Notes under the pieces: generated by a model
Database searches by the model: none
The model's input: only the letters and a program-made list of their open reading frames with translations
Told to the model about the DNA's origin: nothing
In this document: positions 12,906 to 26,800 of the stretch, piece after piece
Layout: every line of letters begins with the position of its first letter
Numbering within the stretch: the stretch's first letter is position 1
Made by a program: the position numbers and the translations under genes
Source: Octopus bimaculoides
Taxonomy: Eukaryota
Direction of reading: 5' to 3'
Assembly (NCBI RefSeq): GCF_001194135.2
Contig: NC_068981.1
Location: forward strand, 146,953,276 to 147,017,275
Length of the DNA stretch: 64,000 nt

Positions 12906-13485
12906 TGATGATAACTCGTGTAGGTTGAACTATGTAAAATGTGAGAAAGCTGTTTCTTGCAATACACACTAATACATCTAAAGCAAAATTTTTTCAGAGG
13001 CCCTTAAAATACTATTATGGCTCCCCAATTTACTATTTTGCTGCATGGACCCCCCAAAATTTTATATGTACTATCAGGGGCCACATGGTTGAGAACCTCT
13101 AGATTTTAGAGGTCCCTGACTCAGTTCAATTTGTTGATAAAAGCAGATCTGGATTCAAGAATTTTGATTTCATAACTTAGAAATCACATTGTACTGTAGC
13201 TTAATATTTCTAACTAGATGGCCCCATGCCGTCAAAAATGACGGCTAATTGTAGTATTTTATTAATAAATATGGATGGTAAATCAAATTAATACACTTGT
13301 CTATGTTATCTAGTGGTTGCCTTTTGAGATGTGACATCAATCATCATTTGTTACTGAAAGAATGCTGGTTCACACATACAAACATCCACACTCCCACTAC
13401 CAGTTTGCTATCACCCCTTCCTTTCTCATTCATATTTTGTGGTGAAGAACAAACTATTACTGTAGTAGACTAGTTTAGAACGTAT

Positions 13486-13858
13486 GTTGTTGTTGGCACT
13501 CTGTCACTTACGACGTCGAGGGTTCCAGTTGATCCGATCAACAGAACAGCCTGCTCGTGAAATTAACGTGCAAGTGGCTGAGCACTCCACAGACATGTGT
13601 ACCCATAACGTAGTTCTCGGGGATAATCAGCGTGACACAGTGTGACAAGGCTGGCCCTTTGAATTACAGGCACAACAGAAACAGGAATTAAGAATGAGAG
13701 AAAGTTGTGGTGAAAGAGTACAGCAGGGTTCACCACCATCCCCTGCCGAAGCCTCGTGGAGCTTTAGGTGTTTTCGCTTAATAAACACTCACAACACCCG
13801 GTCTGGGAATCAAAACCGCAAGTCCTCTGCCCTAACCACTGGGCCATTGCACCTCCAC
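13486..13858 (-). mobile_element. Full-length tRNA-derived SINE with a 14-bp target-site duplication
   Basis: agtttagaacgtat occurs at both 13472-13485 and 13859-13872. The tRNA-like head is at the right end on - and the (caa)n tail at the left. A more decayed copy lies at about 19960-20250. Confidence 0.8.
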
Positions 13859-15387
13859 AGTTTAGAACGTATATAGTACAACTTAATGACAAAATCTCTA
13901 TGTGGTTGCTTGACCTCCTAGAAACAGCAGCTAAATTTTTATTACAGGCTGATTACCTTTGATACAAATTAACCAATTTAGTTACAGTGAAAAGTGCTAA
14001 TGTTACTTGGAAAGAAGACAAAATAAAATATGAAGTTGTCTTTTTTATTAAAAATACATAATTTATTATATAAAAAAAGTTGTAATTTGAAGAAATATTT
14101 TACATTTCCCTGAAAAAAAACAAACATAAAAGTGGCCATCATTAAGTTTGTCCTTTAAAAATTTATTTAAAAATCGTGTAAAACTATATATACATATATA
14201 AAATGAATATTTTTGCTGGTTTTAGGCTAGTTCATTTGGAATGTTAATATTTTCAAAATACGAATCATAATAATTATGAGAAACTAAGAAATCTTACTCT
14301 GACACCAGATAATAAATTTGGGAGGGCCATTAAAAATTTTTCTTTTTCTCTTCTAAAAATGAAATATATTTCATGAATGATGAATTGTTAAATTATTAAG
14401 TAGGGCTACTTTTAGGGAGAGCTTCAGTCAGTTATATTGACAGCTGTTCTTTTCTGGTAATTTATTTAATCAATCCAATTCTAGTGGAATTTGAACTCAG
14501 AACATATACAGCATCTTATCCTCCATTTTAATTGATTCTGCTAATCCACAACACTTGAGATTTATTTTATTATTTTTTTTTTAATATCGTATCTTCTACT
14601 GAAATATGCTAATATTTTTGTAGTATTTTTTAACGTCATTTTAACGAATACACTTAAATAAACTGTTGCTTTAAGAACACTTTTAGATAGTCAGGGATGT
14701 AGAAAAAAAAATTAAAATGTAGTTTCAGCACAGCTGGAATCTCGATTTACTATTTATATGTACAAAATGCTAATTTTAATTATTTGCAGGACAAATAATA
14801 ATAATAACGTTGACTTCTTTTAATGTCATTTCTTCCATTTTGTAAATAAAATAAATACATACAAAGAATCATCAACACATTCATCATGTTTGTAATTATA
14901 TTTTTTCTACAAACTAAGAAATGAATTTAAAAAAAAAAAAAAAAATTTGTGTAAAAACACATACCATGAATACAAAGTTTCATTTTTCACACATCTAATT
15001 TCATTTTTATGAATTGATAATGTGAAAGGATATAAAATATTTCCACTTTACTACATGTAAAATATACAACTCTTGATTAAATTAAAAGTTTTTTTTCCTT
15101 TTTTTTTGTTCTTTTTTATAGTTTCAGCTCAGAGCTGCGGCCATGCTGATGCACCGCCGTTACACTTCAACACGTCTTTAGCCTTTTGCAGATAATATTG
15201 AATGTATTCCAATAAAGAAATAAATTTTTGTTATGTGATTCAACAGCTTATTTAATCCCTTTCTTTAAAATCCAACATGAAGTTTGCTCGAAATTTCTGT
15301 AGATACTTTTTTCCTTGTGATTTCAAGGATTATTTACAAAAGATAAATAAATAAATAAATAAATGAGTTTTTATATATTTTGGCAAT

Positions 15388-15547
15388 TTAACTGTGTCCC
15401 GATTCTTTCTCAGCGAATTTTGTAAGTTCGTGTATTTCTCTCCCCAACATTTTTGTGACATGCATTGCTTGTTTTACTTCATCACCACCAATCTGTTGCA
15501 AAGCCACTTCTGCAGCCGTTCGAACATCAGCAATGACATCATTTCGC
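15388..15547 (-). CDS. TIR-domain / HEAT-repeat protein, terminal exon with stop codon
   Basis: Acceptor tattttcag|; 160 nt. Translates (W)RNDVIADVRTAAEVALQQIGGDEVKQAMHVTKMLGREIHELTKFAEKESGHS* and holds the last HEAT repeat. Confidence 0.88.
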
Positions 15548-16701
15548 CTGAAAATAAATAAATAAAACCTTATACTTTCAAAGCATTGAAACAATTTTAA
15601 ATCTTTTATTGTTTCAGTCATTATACTGAGGTCATTCTGGGAGGGTTTTAGTCAAACAAACCAATCCTAGTACTTAAGTACTGGTTGGCCTGGAAATATA
15701 GTAGAAGAGATATGCCCAAAGTGCTACACTGTAGGATTGAACCCACAATGTGGATGCAAAATGATCTCCTTAACCACATCCAATCCTGTACCTGAATTTT
15801 TTTTATTAAATTTGAACTAGGAAAACCAGAAATCAATAATGGCATAATTTTGAAAAATTCAATTACTTAGCAACAGCTCTGTATAAGCATTGATTGAGAG
15901 GATAAAAAAAATTACAGGTGAACTAGGAGGCAGCAGAGAAACGAAGAAATTTGATTTCGTACACCTAGCAAATATTAGAAATAAAAATTCTGGACTCATG
16001 AAAATGAGTGATTTTACAGAATTGAATAGGTAGAGGCATGCTAAAAAGTTTGCCTCTCAACCATGTGGTTGCTAGTACAGTACAGCTGATTAGCACCTTG
16101 GGCAAGTGTCTTCTACTATAACCCCAGGCTGATCAAAGCCTTGTGAGTGGATCTGGTAGATAGAAAGCGAAAGAAGTCTATTATGTAAATGTGTGTCTCC
16201 TTGCCTTCACATCATGTAAACAGTGCCTTCTGCCTTGAAAACATGTCTGGTCATCAGAAAATATTACCACACTTGGATACAGGGCATCTGGCTATAGAAG
16301 ATCTATCTCAACAGATACCACCTGACCCATGCATACATGGAAAAGTAGACATTAAAACGATGATGAATAGAAAAATGCTTTAGCACTAACATTAAATTAT
16401 TCTATAATCAGTTTTCAGATAAAGCTAAAAAACATCTCAATTATAGAAGTAATAAAAATATTATTTACTTCTTTCAGTTTCTGTTTACCAAATCTCCTCA
16501 CAAGGGTTTACTTAGCCTGGGGCTACAGTAGAATACACTTGCCCAAAGTGACATGCTTCAGGACCGAACCCAAGGCCACATGATAGGGAAGTAAGCTTCT
16601 TAACCACACAGCCATGCTTATATAGTTTAAAAAGCTAAAAAACGTTTTTTTTTAAGTCAAGAAAACCAAGAATAGTAATTTGAATAAAATATAAAAGTTA
16701 C

Positions 16702-16942
16702 CATAATTCTAATAGAGTAGGTACAGCTTTGTGTGCTTGTGAACGTCCAAGTGCCAAACATCCAGCTTCTCTCACTAAACGATCTTTGTCTTCAAGAACA
16801 TCTATTAATGCTTGAATTGTTATATCATCATTAGCACCAGTCTGGGCAAGACAAATGGCTGCAACAGTACGAACATTCGGTTCTTCATCGTTCGATACTA
16901 AGTAGATTAAAGCATCAACAACTTCTCGGCTTTTGAATTTAC
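16702..16942 (-). CDS. TIR-domain / HEAT-repeat protein, HEAT-repeat exon
   Basis: Acceptor ctattttaaag| and donor |gtaact; 241 nt, phase 1-2. Translates (S)KFKSREVVDALIYLVSNDEEPNVRTVAAICLAQTGANDDITIQALIDVLEDKDRLVREAGCLALGRSQAHKAVPTLLEL, with repeated L...D.D..VR..A..AL HEAT motifs. Confidence 0.9.
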
Positions 16943-18376
16943 CTTTAAAATAGAAGAAAAAACAAACAAAACTTAAAATACAATCAAGGTTTAGAACAGA
17001 TGAAATCAAGTGTAGTTGTTGGTAAACCCAAATGCACCTATTTCTACCATCTTAAACAGAATAAAAACAATATCAGAATATCATTAATTCTTAAATTAAT
17101 GAATACAGTTTTCTACAAATATCTTAACCCTATATCTTCATTACCAAACTTTTGGTATTTGCATTGTATTTAGCCAATATCAAACAGTTCGGAATTAATC
17201 TAAGAGACTTTTAAATTTTAAATACATCTTGGCCTTCATATTCTTTATTAGATCTGTGCTAACTAATTGATTTTTTTATGCCTAATCAGTGAAGGAATGA
17301 TAGTGTTTATGAACTTTTGGCAGGGCACCTAAAACTGGTCATCCTCAAACTGGAGAGTTTTTATCTTTTGTCTCAGTAAAAGGAAAAAAAAAAACAAAAA
17401 AAAAAAGGCAGCAGCTATGACCTTTTTACGGGACTTAAAGAGAAAGGTGAAGATTAAATAGGAAGAAATCATGACTACAGAGAGGTCCTGCAGTAGGGAG
17501 CAGCACATCAAGATATAGTTATCCTTGACCAGAGATCAGGTCCAAATACTTGTGAAGTTTAACACTATCCAAGAACAATCCATCCACTGTTTTTGTCTAG
17601 CCACTTTCTCCTCTCACAATGCAAAGCTATGGGTAGAAGTCCCTTCTTTGAGATGTCACATAATGGGAATGAATCCAAATCACATTATTGTAAAACCATG
17701 TCTGCAACCATGACATAAGAATTTATCAATTTGCAAGACGTTATCCAGTCAACAAACATTTCTTCACAGCTGTGTGGTTATGGAGTGTGCTTTGTAACCA
17801 TATGGTTTTGGGTCCTGTCTTGCTGCAAGGCCCTTTAGGAAAAAGTGTCTTATAATATAATCTCAGATTAACCAATGTCTTGTGAGTGAAATTGCTAAAC
17901 AGATATTATGTGGAAGCCTTTTGTATACATTGTATAGCTATGTGTGTCTAAACATTTACTTTCTGTGTCTTTGCATGATGCTAGCTTAACGATTTCGACA
18001 CGCCAAGACTAGTGGGGAAAAAAGTACCATATTTGAGTAAGAATTGGTGATAGGAATGGCATCTGGCCATAGTCTTGTTCTGTCCATGCCAGCATGGAAA
18101 GAATGGATGTAAAACTGACAATTACACATTTTCCATGCAACATGATCTTTAACACATCGATACAGTCAACAAGTATGAAGTAATCTTGTTTATAATCAGT
18201 GAATTGTACCTACTCATGTGTTTTCTCACAGCTAAGTGAACTAAACTGTTGAAAATGAAGTGCATTTAAGAAACTATAGCTATAGGACTCAATATGCTTT
18301 AGAAATATAAAGAAAAATTAGTAAAACAGTTTGGTTTGCTGTAAAGGAGAGTAACCAGAGCAGAAAATTTACTTAC

Positions 18377-18508
18377 TAAGATTTTCAATGGCTTCTACGC
18401 GGACATGAGAATTTATGTTAAACACTTCTTTCATAGCATAACTTTCCCTTGCCTGCTCTTCTATCCTTTGCCACAAACATGAAATTATTCCATCCACAGT
18501 GCAAAATT
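18377..18508 (-). CDS. TIR-domain / HEAT-repeat protein, exon leading into the HEAT repeats (absent from the ORF track)
   Basis: Acceptor tttttaaatcag| and donor |gtaagt; 132 nt, phase 1-1. Translates (E)FCTVDGIISCLWQRIEEQARESYAMKEVFNINSHVRVEAIENL and bridges the flanking exons in frame. Confidence 0.85.
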
Positions 18509-19614
18509 CTGATTTAAAAAAATACAAATAAAGAAATACAGTGATGATTACAAAACTATTTCATTGAAAGTTAGTTAACAATAGAAAATAAAACAAAAAA
18601 TTTGTAATTAACTTTTGATATTAATCAATGCCTTTGGCTTTTTGAAATAAAGCTGCCTGTTTTGAATTGTTCATTGTTGAGGAATGTTACAGCCAACTGA
18701 ATGTCAGTATATAACTGGTACTTGATTTATTGACCAATATCCCTGCCAGCAGAGATACAGGTCAACAACTCAATGTAAATGGAAGAATAAAAACTAATGC
18801 ATTTAGTCAGGTTGTTTCTGTCTCAGTTACCATCACTCTTTCACTAATGTAATACTACATTACACTGGTTGAAGGCTACAAATTCTTAAGGTTGCAGAAT
18901 AGTGGACTGAATAGATACAAGTATTGTATCAATTCAATTGATATTTATTTTATTATTGAAGAGGGGTGAAACACAGGATGTAGAGGAACAAGACATTTGG
19001 TCTATCATTGCCATTTCTGTTACTCCACCATATGATGAAGAATCTTAGAGTGATCTATAAAAGTTAATATTTCTTTTTCATTAGTTATTTCTTACACAGC
19101 TCCAGTCAAACAGAACAATAAACAAAAGTGTTTAAACCATAACAATTCCATCTAACATTTAAGAAGTGCAAATCATCAAAGTCTCTTTTTTAAGACAGAA
19201 AGATGTAGTTTAATGAAGATTTGGTTGCTATTTCTAACAAATCCAGCAACCATGTAACATTTTTATGTTCATTCATGAGTAGATTAAGCTAGTGTTTGAA
19301 ACACAACTGAACAGAATAGTCATTGCACAAAGATGGGAGATTTATAATCAAATAACCCTTATGAGAACATTAGATAATGCAGTCCTACATATTTCATTAA
19401 AATTACAAGATCCACTGCTGGAATTTCCTTCTGGAAATCAAAACCAAGATCTTGGGAATCAGGACTTCCTATCTGCATTAACCCCAGAATACTAAATGAG
19501 ATGCAGCCCCTTTCTGACTGCTACTTAATATAAAAAAGTCTGAAAAAAAAAAACTGATTTCTTGCTCATGTAGTTTCTTTCCTTCACTTCTTAACAAATC
19601 AAGTTTGAACTCAC

Positions 19615-19754
19615 CAATAAATTTATCTCGTTTAAGACACCCATCACGAGTTATATGCATCTCCCACCGGAGGATAGATTTCAGCCAGTTTTGATCATCA
19701 GGAGTGTAAGCGCTAAACAAGCCTTTATAATCACAGGTCAAATCATACCAAAAT
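19615..19754 (-). CDS. TIR-domain / HEAT-repeat protein, middle (EF-hand-like) exon
   Basis: Acceptor tttccaatgcag| and donor |gtgagt; 140 nt, phase 2-1. Translates (Q)FWYDLTCDYKGLFSAYTPDDQNWLKSILRWEMHITRDGCLKRDKFI. Confidence 0.87.
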
Positions 19755-21835
19755 CTGCATTGGAAATACAAAATGAATTATAAATTGGAAGAATTAACCT
19801 ATCACAGTTTCATTTACCTGTCTCACAAAACAATGCAGTGAAACATCTAGCAGATTTAACTGAGAGTTGAAAGTTTAAATATGTTATAAGCAAACAAATT
19901 GTTGACAGGGTAAGATGATTGGAGATATATTACAAAACCATCCAACCCAACTGAAAATCAGGTTGTCACAACAAGTGTTTCAGTTGATCCGATCAATGGA
20001 ACAGCCAGTTTGTGAAATCACAGGTGGACCCTTAACATAGTTTTCAGATAGATTCAGCGTGACACAAAGTGACAAAGCTAGCCCTTTGAACTACAGATAC
20101 AGCTCATTTTTGCCAACCGAGTGGGCTGGAGCAATGAGAACTATAAAATGTCCTGCTCAAAGACAACACAATATACTGCCAGGAATCAAACTCATGACCT
20201 TACAACCATGAGCCAAATACCCCAGCCACTAAGCCATGCACCATGGTGAAATGTGTTTATCTAAGAAGTAGACTGATTTTTAAAGTAATGCCATTTAAAA
20301 ATATAAACACATAGAAAACATATTAAACTAATAAAGAATATAATCCTTTCTACTATAGGCACAAGGCCTGAAATTCGGGGGAGGGGGCTAATAGATTACA
20401 CCAACCACAGTGTTCAACTGGTACTTATTTCCTCAACCTTGAAAGGATGAAAGGCAAAGTTGACCTCAGCAGAATTTGAACTCTGAATGTAGCAATGGGT
20501 GAAATACTGCTAAGCATTTCACCCACTGTACTAATGATTCTGCCAGCTCATCACCTTAAATAATAATAATCCTTTCTACTATAGGTACATCATCATCATC
20601 ATTTAACGTCCGCTTTCCATGCTAGCATGGATTGGACGATTTGCCTGAGGACTGGTGGACCAGGTGGCTACACCAGGCTCCAATCTGATTTGGCAGAGTT
20701 TCTACAGCTGGATGCCCTTCCTAACGCCAACCACTCCGAGAGTGTTGTGGGTGCTTTTACATGCCACAAGCACGAAGGCCAGTCAGGAGGTACTGGCAAT
20801 GGCCATGCTCGAAATGGTGTATTTTACGTGCCACCTGCACAGGAGCCAGTCCAGCATCACTGGCAACGATCTCGCTCGAATGTCTTTTCACATGCCACTG
20901 GCACAAGTACCAGGAAGGCGACGTTGGTAACGATTACGCTGGTGCTATTTACGTGCCACCGGCACGGAAGCCAGACAGCTGCTCTGGCAACGATCACGCT
21001 CAGACGGTGCTCCACTGGTACAGGTGCACAAAGCCTGAAATCTCGGGATAGAGGACAAGTTGATTACATCAACCTCACTGTTTCACCGGTACTTAATTTA
21101 TCCACTCTGAAAAGATGAAAGACAAAGGCAACCTTAGAGAACATAAGGCTGGACGAAATACTGCTATACGTTTTGCCCAGTGTTTTAATGATTCTGCCAG
21201 CTTGCTACCTTAAATAATAAATCTCTTCACAAAATTATTTAGCACACTATACTGCAACACTGGATTTAATGACAGTTACCAATCTAAATTATCACCATCA
21301 TTGTTTTATATCTACTTTTCCATGCTGGCATAGGTTGGACAAGTTTTCTGAGGTAGATTTTATGGTTGGATGCCTTAACTAGTTTAGCTGCCTCTTACAA
21401 CACAAAAATGAGGAATATCTTGGATATACATGAAAATGGTGTTGACAAATAAAAATTCAAATTTGAGGAAACCAGTGGTGATCTTTCCAACAAAGAAATT
21501 TACTTGTAATATCAGGGTTCTTGTCTCCCCATGCCATACAAACATTCAAATTTGTGAATTCTACTTAATATTATTAGTGCAACGCTTGAATAATATTGGT
21601 TTCAAATTTTGGCACAATGCCAGCAATTTCAGGGGAGGGGATAAGTTGATCACATTGACCTATGTTCAACTGGTACTAATTTAATGAACACTGAAAGAAT
21701 GAAAGGCAAAGTCAACCCCCAAAGCATTTGAACTCAGAACGTAAAGAAATGCTGCTAAGCATTTTTCCCAGCACAGTAACAATTTTGCCAGATCACCACC
21801 TTAAACACTAAAGTAATATTCCAAAAATAACTTAC

Positions 21836-21959
21836 TGATTCCAGTCTATTTGGTTTTCTGTATATTTTCTGTCCCAATAATCAATAGGAGTTTCAAGGTT
21901 TTGTTTGCTGTAAATCTTAGTTGATCGTTGTTGCCTCTTCGATTCAGCATTCTGCTTGT
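21836..21959 (-). CDS. TIR-domain / HEAT-repeat protein, linker exon
   Basis: Acceptor tgtttatgtag| and donor |gtaagt; 124 nt, phase 1-2. Translates (N)KQNAESKRQQRSTKIYSKQNLETPIDYWDRKYTENQIDWN. Confidence 0.85.
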
Positions 21960-22293
21960 CTACATAAACAACACAGCAAAGGAAAAAAAAAAAAAAAGAG
22001 AAAAAAATCAATAAAGACAAAATAAAAAACACGACATTCAAATCAAAACAGCTTGAGAAATTTAACCAAGAAAAATATATTAAATGGCTTCGTTCATTTT
22101 CAGATTATGGAGTGCATAAAAGAATTCAATTTTTTTTGCAATTTCAATTACAATTCAGAAATAGGTTAATCCTAGTTAATTCCTGCCAACTTAGCAAACC
22201 AATCATTCGTCTTCAATACTTCATTAATCCTTTTTCTTTAAAGACAAACGTATTTTTCCTTATTATAGCAACAGGTTAAGGTTGTGATTACTT

Positions 22294-22515
22294 TTAATCC
22301 GTTAGCATTCAGATTATTCTGTCATATATATGCTTATTAATTCACATAGCTTTGGATTAATCATATTTCATCTTGTACTTTTGAGATTTTGATGATATGA
22401 CTGTTTATTTTTAAGAACAACATTGTAGGGTAGGTGTGAAAGATAAGAACTGGCCAGTTTGATGATAAAACAGAATATTTGGGCCTGATATGGCCAGCTA
22501 AAAGCAAAGGGTCAA
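22294..22515. mobile_element. piggyBac-like MITE (ttaa-ccctttagcatt...aatgctaaaggg-ttaa family); other copies at about 56941-57115 and 56280-56372
   Basis: Degenerate terminal inverted repeats ttaatccgttagcattc / aaagcaaagggtcaa with TTAA-like ends. The 57100-57115 end reads aatgctaaagggttaa. Confidence 0.55.
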
Positions 22516-23422
22516 TGAGACAGCATTTTATTTTCATGAGTCAAGCTCTCATTAAAAATCAAAGAAAGAATTCAGTTATGATGTATAAGTATAACTAATA
22601 ATGATGTAAAAGCAAAGAAAATATCAAATCTGTCAACATCTATCTTTACTTTTTGATGTGAAACCATATATTAAATACTGTTGTACTTCAAGAAGGTCAT
22701 TCTGCCAATACAACAAAAGCTTACTGGTTGTAGTTTACTTTTTATTATTAATTTCAAAAATATAACAATATTAATAATGTTGGTTTTTCAGTGATTTTCT
22801 CTGCAACTCTCTTTCTTCTCCATCAAAAATATTTATTGGTATATTCAGATTTAGTATTTGTTTCTGTCGTCTAGCAATCCTTAGACCAACTAAACTCACT
22901 AACTTAGAGGATCAGGTTTAGTATCTCAAAGAAGAGACTACACCGGTATGGGCATGTGATGCACATGAAAGATGAGTCAGATAAAGAAGTGCCAAGCAAT
23001 CATTTGGAAGGAACTGATGGAAGAGAATGAACAAGGAATACATGGAAGAAGTGGTAAAGGCTAATCTCAGAGGGCTGAACTTTACAAAGGAGATACTGGA
23101 AAAAACTTAGTTAACTGATGCAAACATGAAAAAATGACATAAAATGATGCTGATGATAATGATGGTTATCATCTTCGGTTTGGTTTTGATGGCTATTTCT
23201 TTCCATGCAAGCATGAGTTGGAGAAGACTTTTTGAGGTAGTATTTAAATGGATGAATGTCCTTCCTAACACCAACCCGCGTTTATAACTAAGACACTGCA
23301 TGCCATTGGCCTGCACATGTTGAATTAAACTGCAGGATACAGTGTTTATGCAGAACATACACAAGCAACACCACTACCTAAATATATGAATGCAAAGACA
23401 AACTCACACATACATGCCATGC

Positions 23423-23481
<59 letters not shown>

Positions 23482-23528
23482 ATTTGATNNNNNNNNNNNN
23501 NNNNNNNNNNNNNNNNNNNNNNNNNNNN

Positions 23529-23564
<36 letters not shown>

Positions 23565-23744
23565 CTGGGTTTTATATTACTTCAGAACGTGTCTAATATT
23601 GCTCAGGCATCTTTTATGCAATCAAATATATTAATGTATACAAGTTATAAGCTTGTCAAGATATCAGTTGATTGATAAATTAAATCGCTATAAAAAGTAA
23701 GAACTAATTTGAAGAAAAAGAAAAAAGACAAAAGAGAAACTTAC

Positions 23745-23857
23745 TGTTAATAGCATTTAATACAGCTTTTATGTCCTTCAAAAGTTCATTCATGGTTTCT
23801 GGATACCTCTCCTTATCAAGAAATTTATACCACTGCATACCTGCCAGCTTCAGTCTC
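23745..23857 (-). CDS. TIR-domain / HEAT-repeat protein, end of the TIR domain
   Basis: Acceptor ttcttcatag| and donor |gtaagt; 113 nt, phase 2-1. Translates (M)RLKLAGMQWYKFLDKERYPETMNELLKDIKAVLNAIN. Phases fit both neighbouring exons. Confidence 0.87.
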
Positions 23858-24500
23858 CTATGAAGAAAAAAATATTTTGCTTTTATAAAAGAGAAAATTC
23901 TTTAGAAGTTTAATTTAAGGTGAGACAAATTTCATAGTTATTTTTTCTTTAGATATATTAGATGCATATTCATTATTTTCTGGAAAATTCTCTGAAACTA
24001 TCAATTAATCTAAACTTCAGCTTCCTTCAATATGATTGCCTTTGTCAGTTTTAACGTCCACATTTCCATGCTTGATTAAGTTGGACAGAATTCACAGAGG
24101 TAGATTTTCTATAGATGGATGCCATTCCTGTCGCCAACCATTACCTAATTTCAAGTAAGGTAATATTTCCCCTTGGTCAGACATAAGATTAAGAACCAAG
24201 AACACAGCTTGTATGACTATGCACATTTACAAATATCGCATGATGTCAAGAGAAGGGTACACACACACACCTATGACAAGCTTCTTTTAGTTTCCATCAA
24301 CCTAATCCACTCACAAAGATTTGGTTGGCCTGGGGCTATAGTAGAAGACACTTGCTCTAGGTGCCACACAATAGGACAGAAACTGAAACAATCTTGTTGC
24401 AAAGCAAACTTCTTAACTACAGGCACACCTGTACGTAAACATGTGCCACACAAAGCTTTGTATTAATAGAAGAAAATTAAATTGACATTCAGTCACTTAC

Positions 24501-24646
24501 ATCCCAGTATCCATAGACGAAAGGAGATTTTCATCTGAAGAAATGCTAACAGGGAAAATGCTTTTGTTTGAAATATATGCCAAGGATAATTCATCTTTAC
24601 AGAATTTGGAATGAATGGAAGTTTCGCTGACAATAGATATGAACAC
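24501..24646 (-). CDS. TIR-domain / HEAT-repeat protein, TIR core exon (beta-C, alpha-C, beta-D)
   Basis: Acceptor ttattacag| and donor |gtaagt; 146 nt, phase 0-2. Translates VFISIVSETSIHSKFCKDELSLAYISNKSIFPVSISSDENLLSSMDTG, with the TIR pattern S-x-F/W-C-x-x-E-L...IFPV. Confidence 0.88.
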
Positions 24647-26374
24647 CTGTAATAAATGATAAGATAGAAAAAGAAATGTAAGAATATATTTGATTACCAA
24701 AATATGGAAAAAATTAACATTTAATAAGAATTTATCATAATTATAAAATAATGGATTTCCTACATTGACCGGAGTGTTAAAAATTTATTGGAAAACAGTG
24801 GTATTAAATTAACCAAAGATATTTTATGGTATTTCTTCTTAGTATGGACTCTAGAGAGATAAACAGTCAAAGTTGACTCCAGCTGGATTTGAACTCAAAG
24901 TCAGATAAGTAAATACCACAATGCATTTTTTTATCCAGCACTCTAGCAATTTTGTACATCGATTTTGCCAATACCTATATTTAACAGCTTTATATATTCT
25001 TCTACTTATTAAGATTTTGATGTCAGACAACCAAAAAATGTTTATGTAAAATGTGCAGTGTGTGTCTGTGTGTGCATGCCTAAATCACCTGAAAGTAATG
25101 AGAGAATACATGGATTAAAAATATTAAGAAATATAAATGAAGTTGATGGTTTTGCAAAGATCAGACTATTTTTGCAACAGTGAAGCAGTAGCATCTGAGA
25201 AAACTAGTGATGTCCTGTGTTGGCAAATAATAAATGGAAAAAAATTAAGTGGTACAAGTTAGTTTGTCACGTGGAAAAGAGATCTGGCACTTCAGACAGA
25301 AAGTTTTATTAGTGCCTCAGGTTTGGCATGGTATCTACAGCTGGATGTAGAACAACCAATTTACAGAACACACAGGATGCATTATTTCATGGCACCAGCA
25401 CCACAAAAATTGTCTTGCCCTTGGCAAAACTAAAAACCCTTTACAGTGTGTACTGGGTTTTTGTATTGTTTTGTGGTAAGCACTTGTAACCGACAAGATA
25501 AAACTAGCTAAATGAGAACAGATTTGCTGCAAGAGATCTGTTATGGTAGTGGGAAGAGTTAACAGATGTGATACTTTTTAGTGGAAGAAAGGAAGAAGTA
25601 GTGTCAGGAGTTAGTGTGAAAGTGAGAGGATAAGTGGTGAGGAGGATGGGGCAATTGATGACTATATATACAAATACTTTAAACATTTTAATTTTCATTT
25701 TGGATGTGCTTTTTATGCTGGAAAGATCTGATCTTATGATATTATTATTTCTCTCAGTGAATGCAGAAGCTTTGTTGAAAAAAGGTCAACATTCATAAAG
25801 ACACAAGGAAGCTATCCTCAAACCAGAGATTTGACTCATATACTACTTGCAACATAATGGATGCTGCCTGAGGTACCAAGTGGCCAGGTGGTAGCACTGA
25901 ATAGGCAACAAATTATGACGAACAATCTATCCACGCAGTTTCCATCAAGTTAATTTCACCCACATGGCTTGAATAATCCAAGCTATGGTAGAAGATATCA
26001 TAGCTCAAAGTACTACTCGGTGAAATAACCAGGAACCAAATAATTGCTAAGCAAGTTTCATAACAACTCAGCTATGCTTGCACAAATTAATTCAACTAAT
26101 TCGTTTTTTTTTCTTTAAGCTCAAATTTATATTTTTTACAACTGAATTTTATTGGACATTTTAATCCTTTTTTGTGATAGGTAAATTAAGCAATAATGAA
26201 GGTAAATTGAGCAATAAATGTTTCATAAAATTAAAAGAGAATTGTGGAGGTGAAAAGCCAGAATAAAAGTAAATTAGTGTATACTCTGATGTATATAATA
26301 ACCTACTTTTCAAGTGATATCATTTGCAACAGCTATACAAGCACTCAAACAATAACATCACTTGTAAAAGCAAG

Positions 26375-26431
<57 letters not shown>

Positions 26432-26537
26432 CATTACGCACAATAAACACAATATAATAAGGCACTGAATACTATATGCTGCAACAAAGCACCATGATCA
26501 TGCACATGCAAGAAAATGTATATGTGCATATAAAGTA

Positions 26538-26800
26538 GAGTATGCATATGCATGAAAAGGAGTATGCATATGCATGAAAATGAGTATGCATATGCATGAA
26601 AAGGAGTATACATATGCATGAAAAGGAGTATACATATGCAGGAGACTGTATATATGCATGTGTGTGGTTGTGCATATAAAAATAGGTGCATGTATAGAGA
26701 ATATGTGCACAAATGAAAGGTGTCTGATGGAGTGTGTGAGTGTGTATGTATGTGAGTGTGTATGCATGTGAGTGTGTATGTATGTGAGTGTGTATGCATG
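26538..26800. repeat. Minisatellites: 22-bp unit gagtatgcatatgcatgaaaag (about 5 copies, 26538-26645) and 16-bp unit tgagtgtgtatgYatg (about 26725-26800)
   Basis: Read directly from the sequence. Confidence 0.85.
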
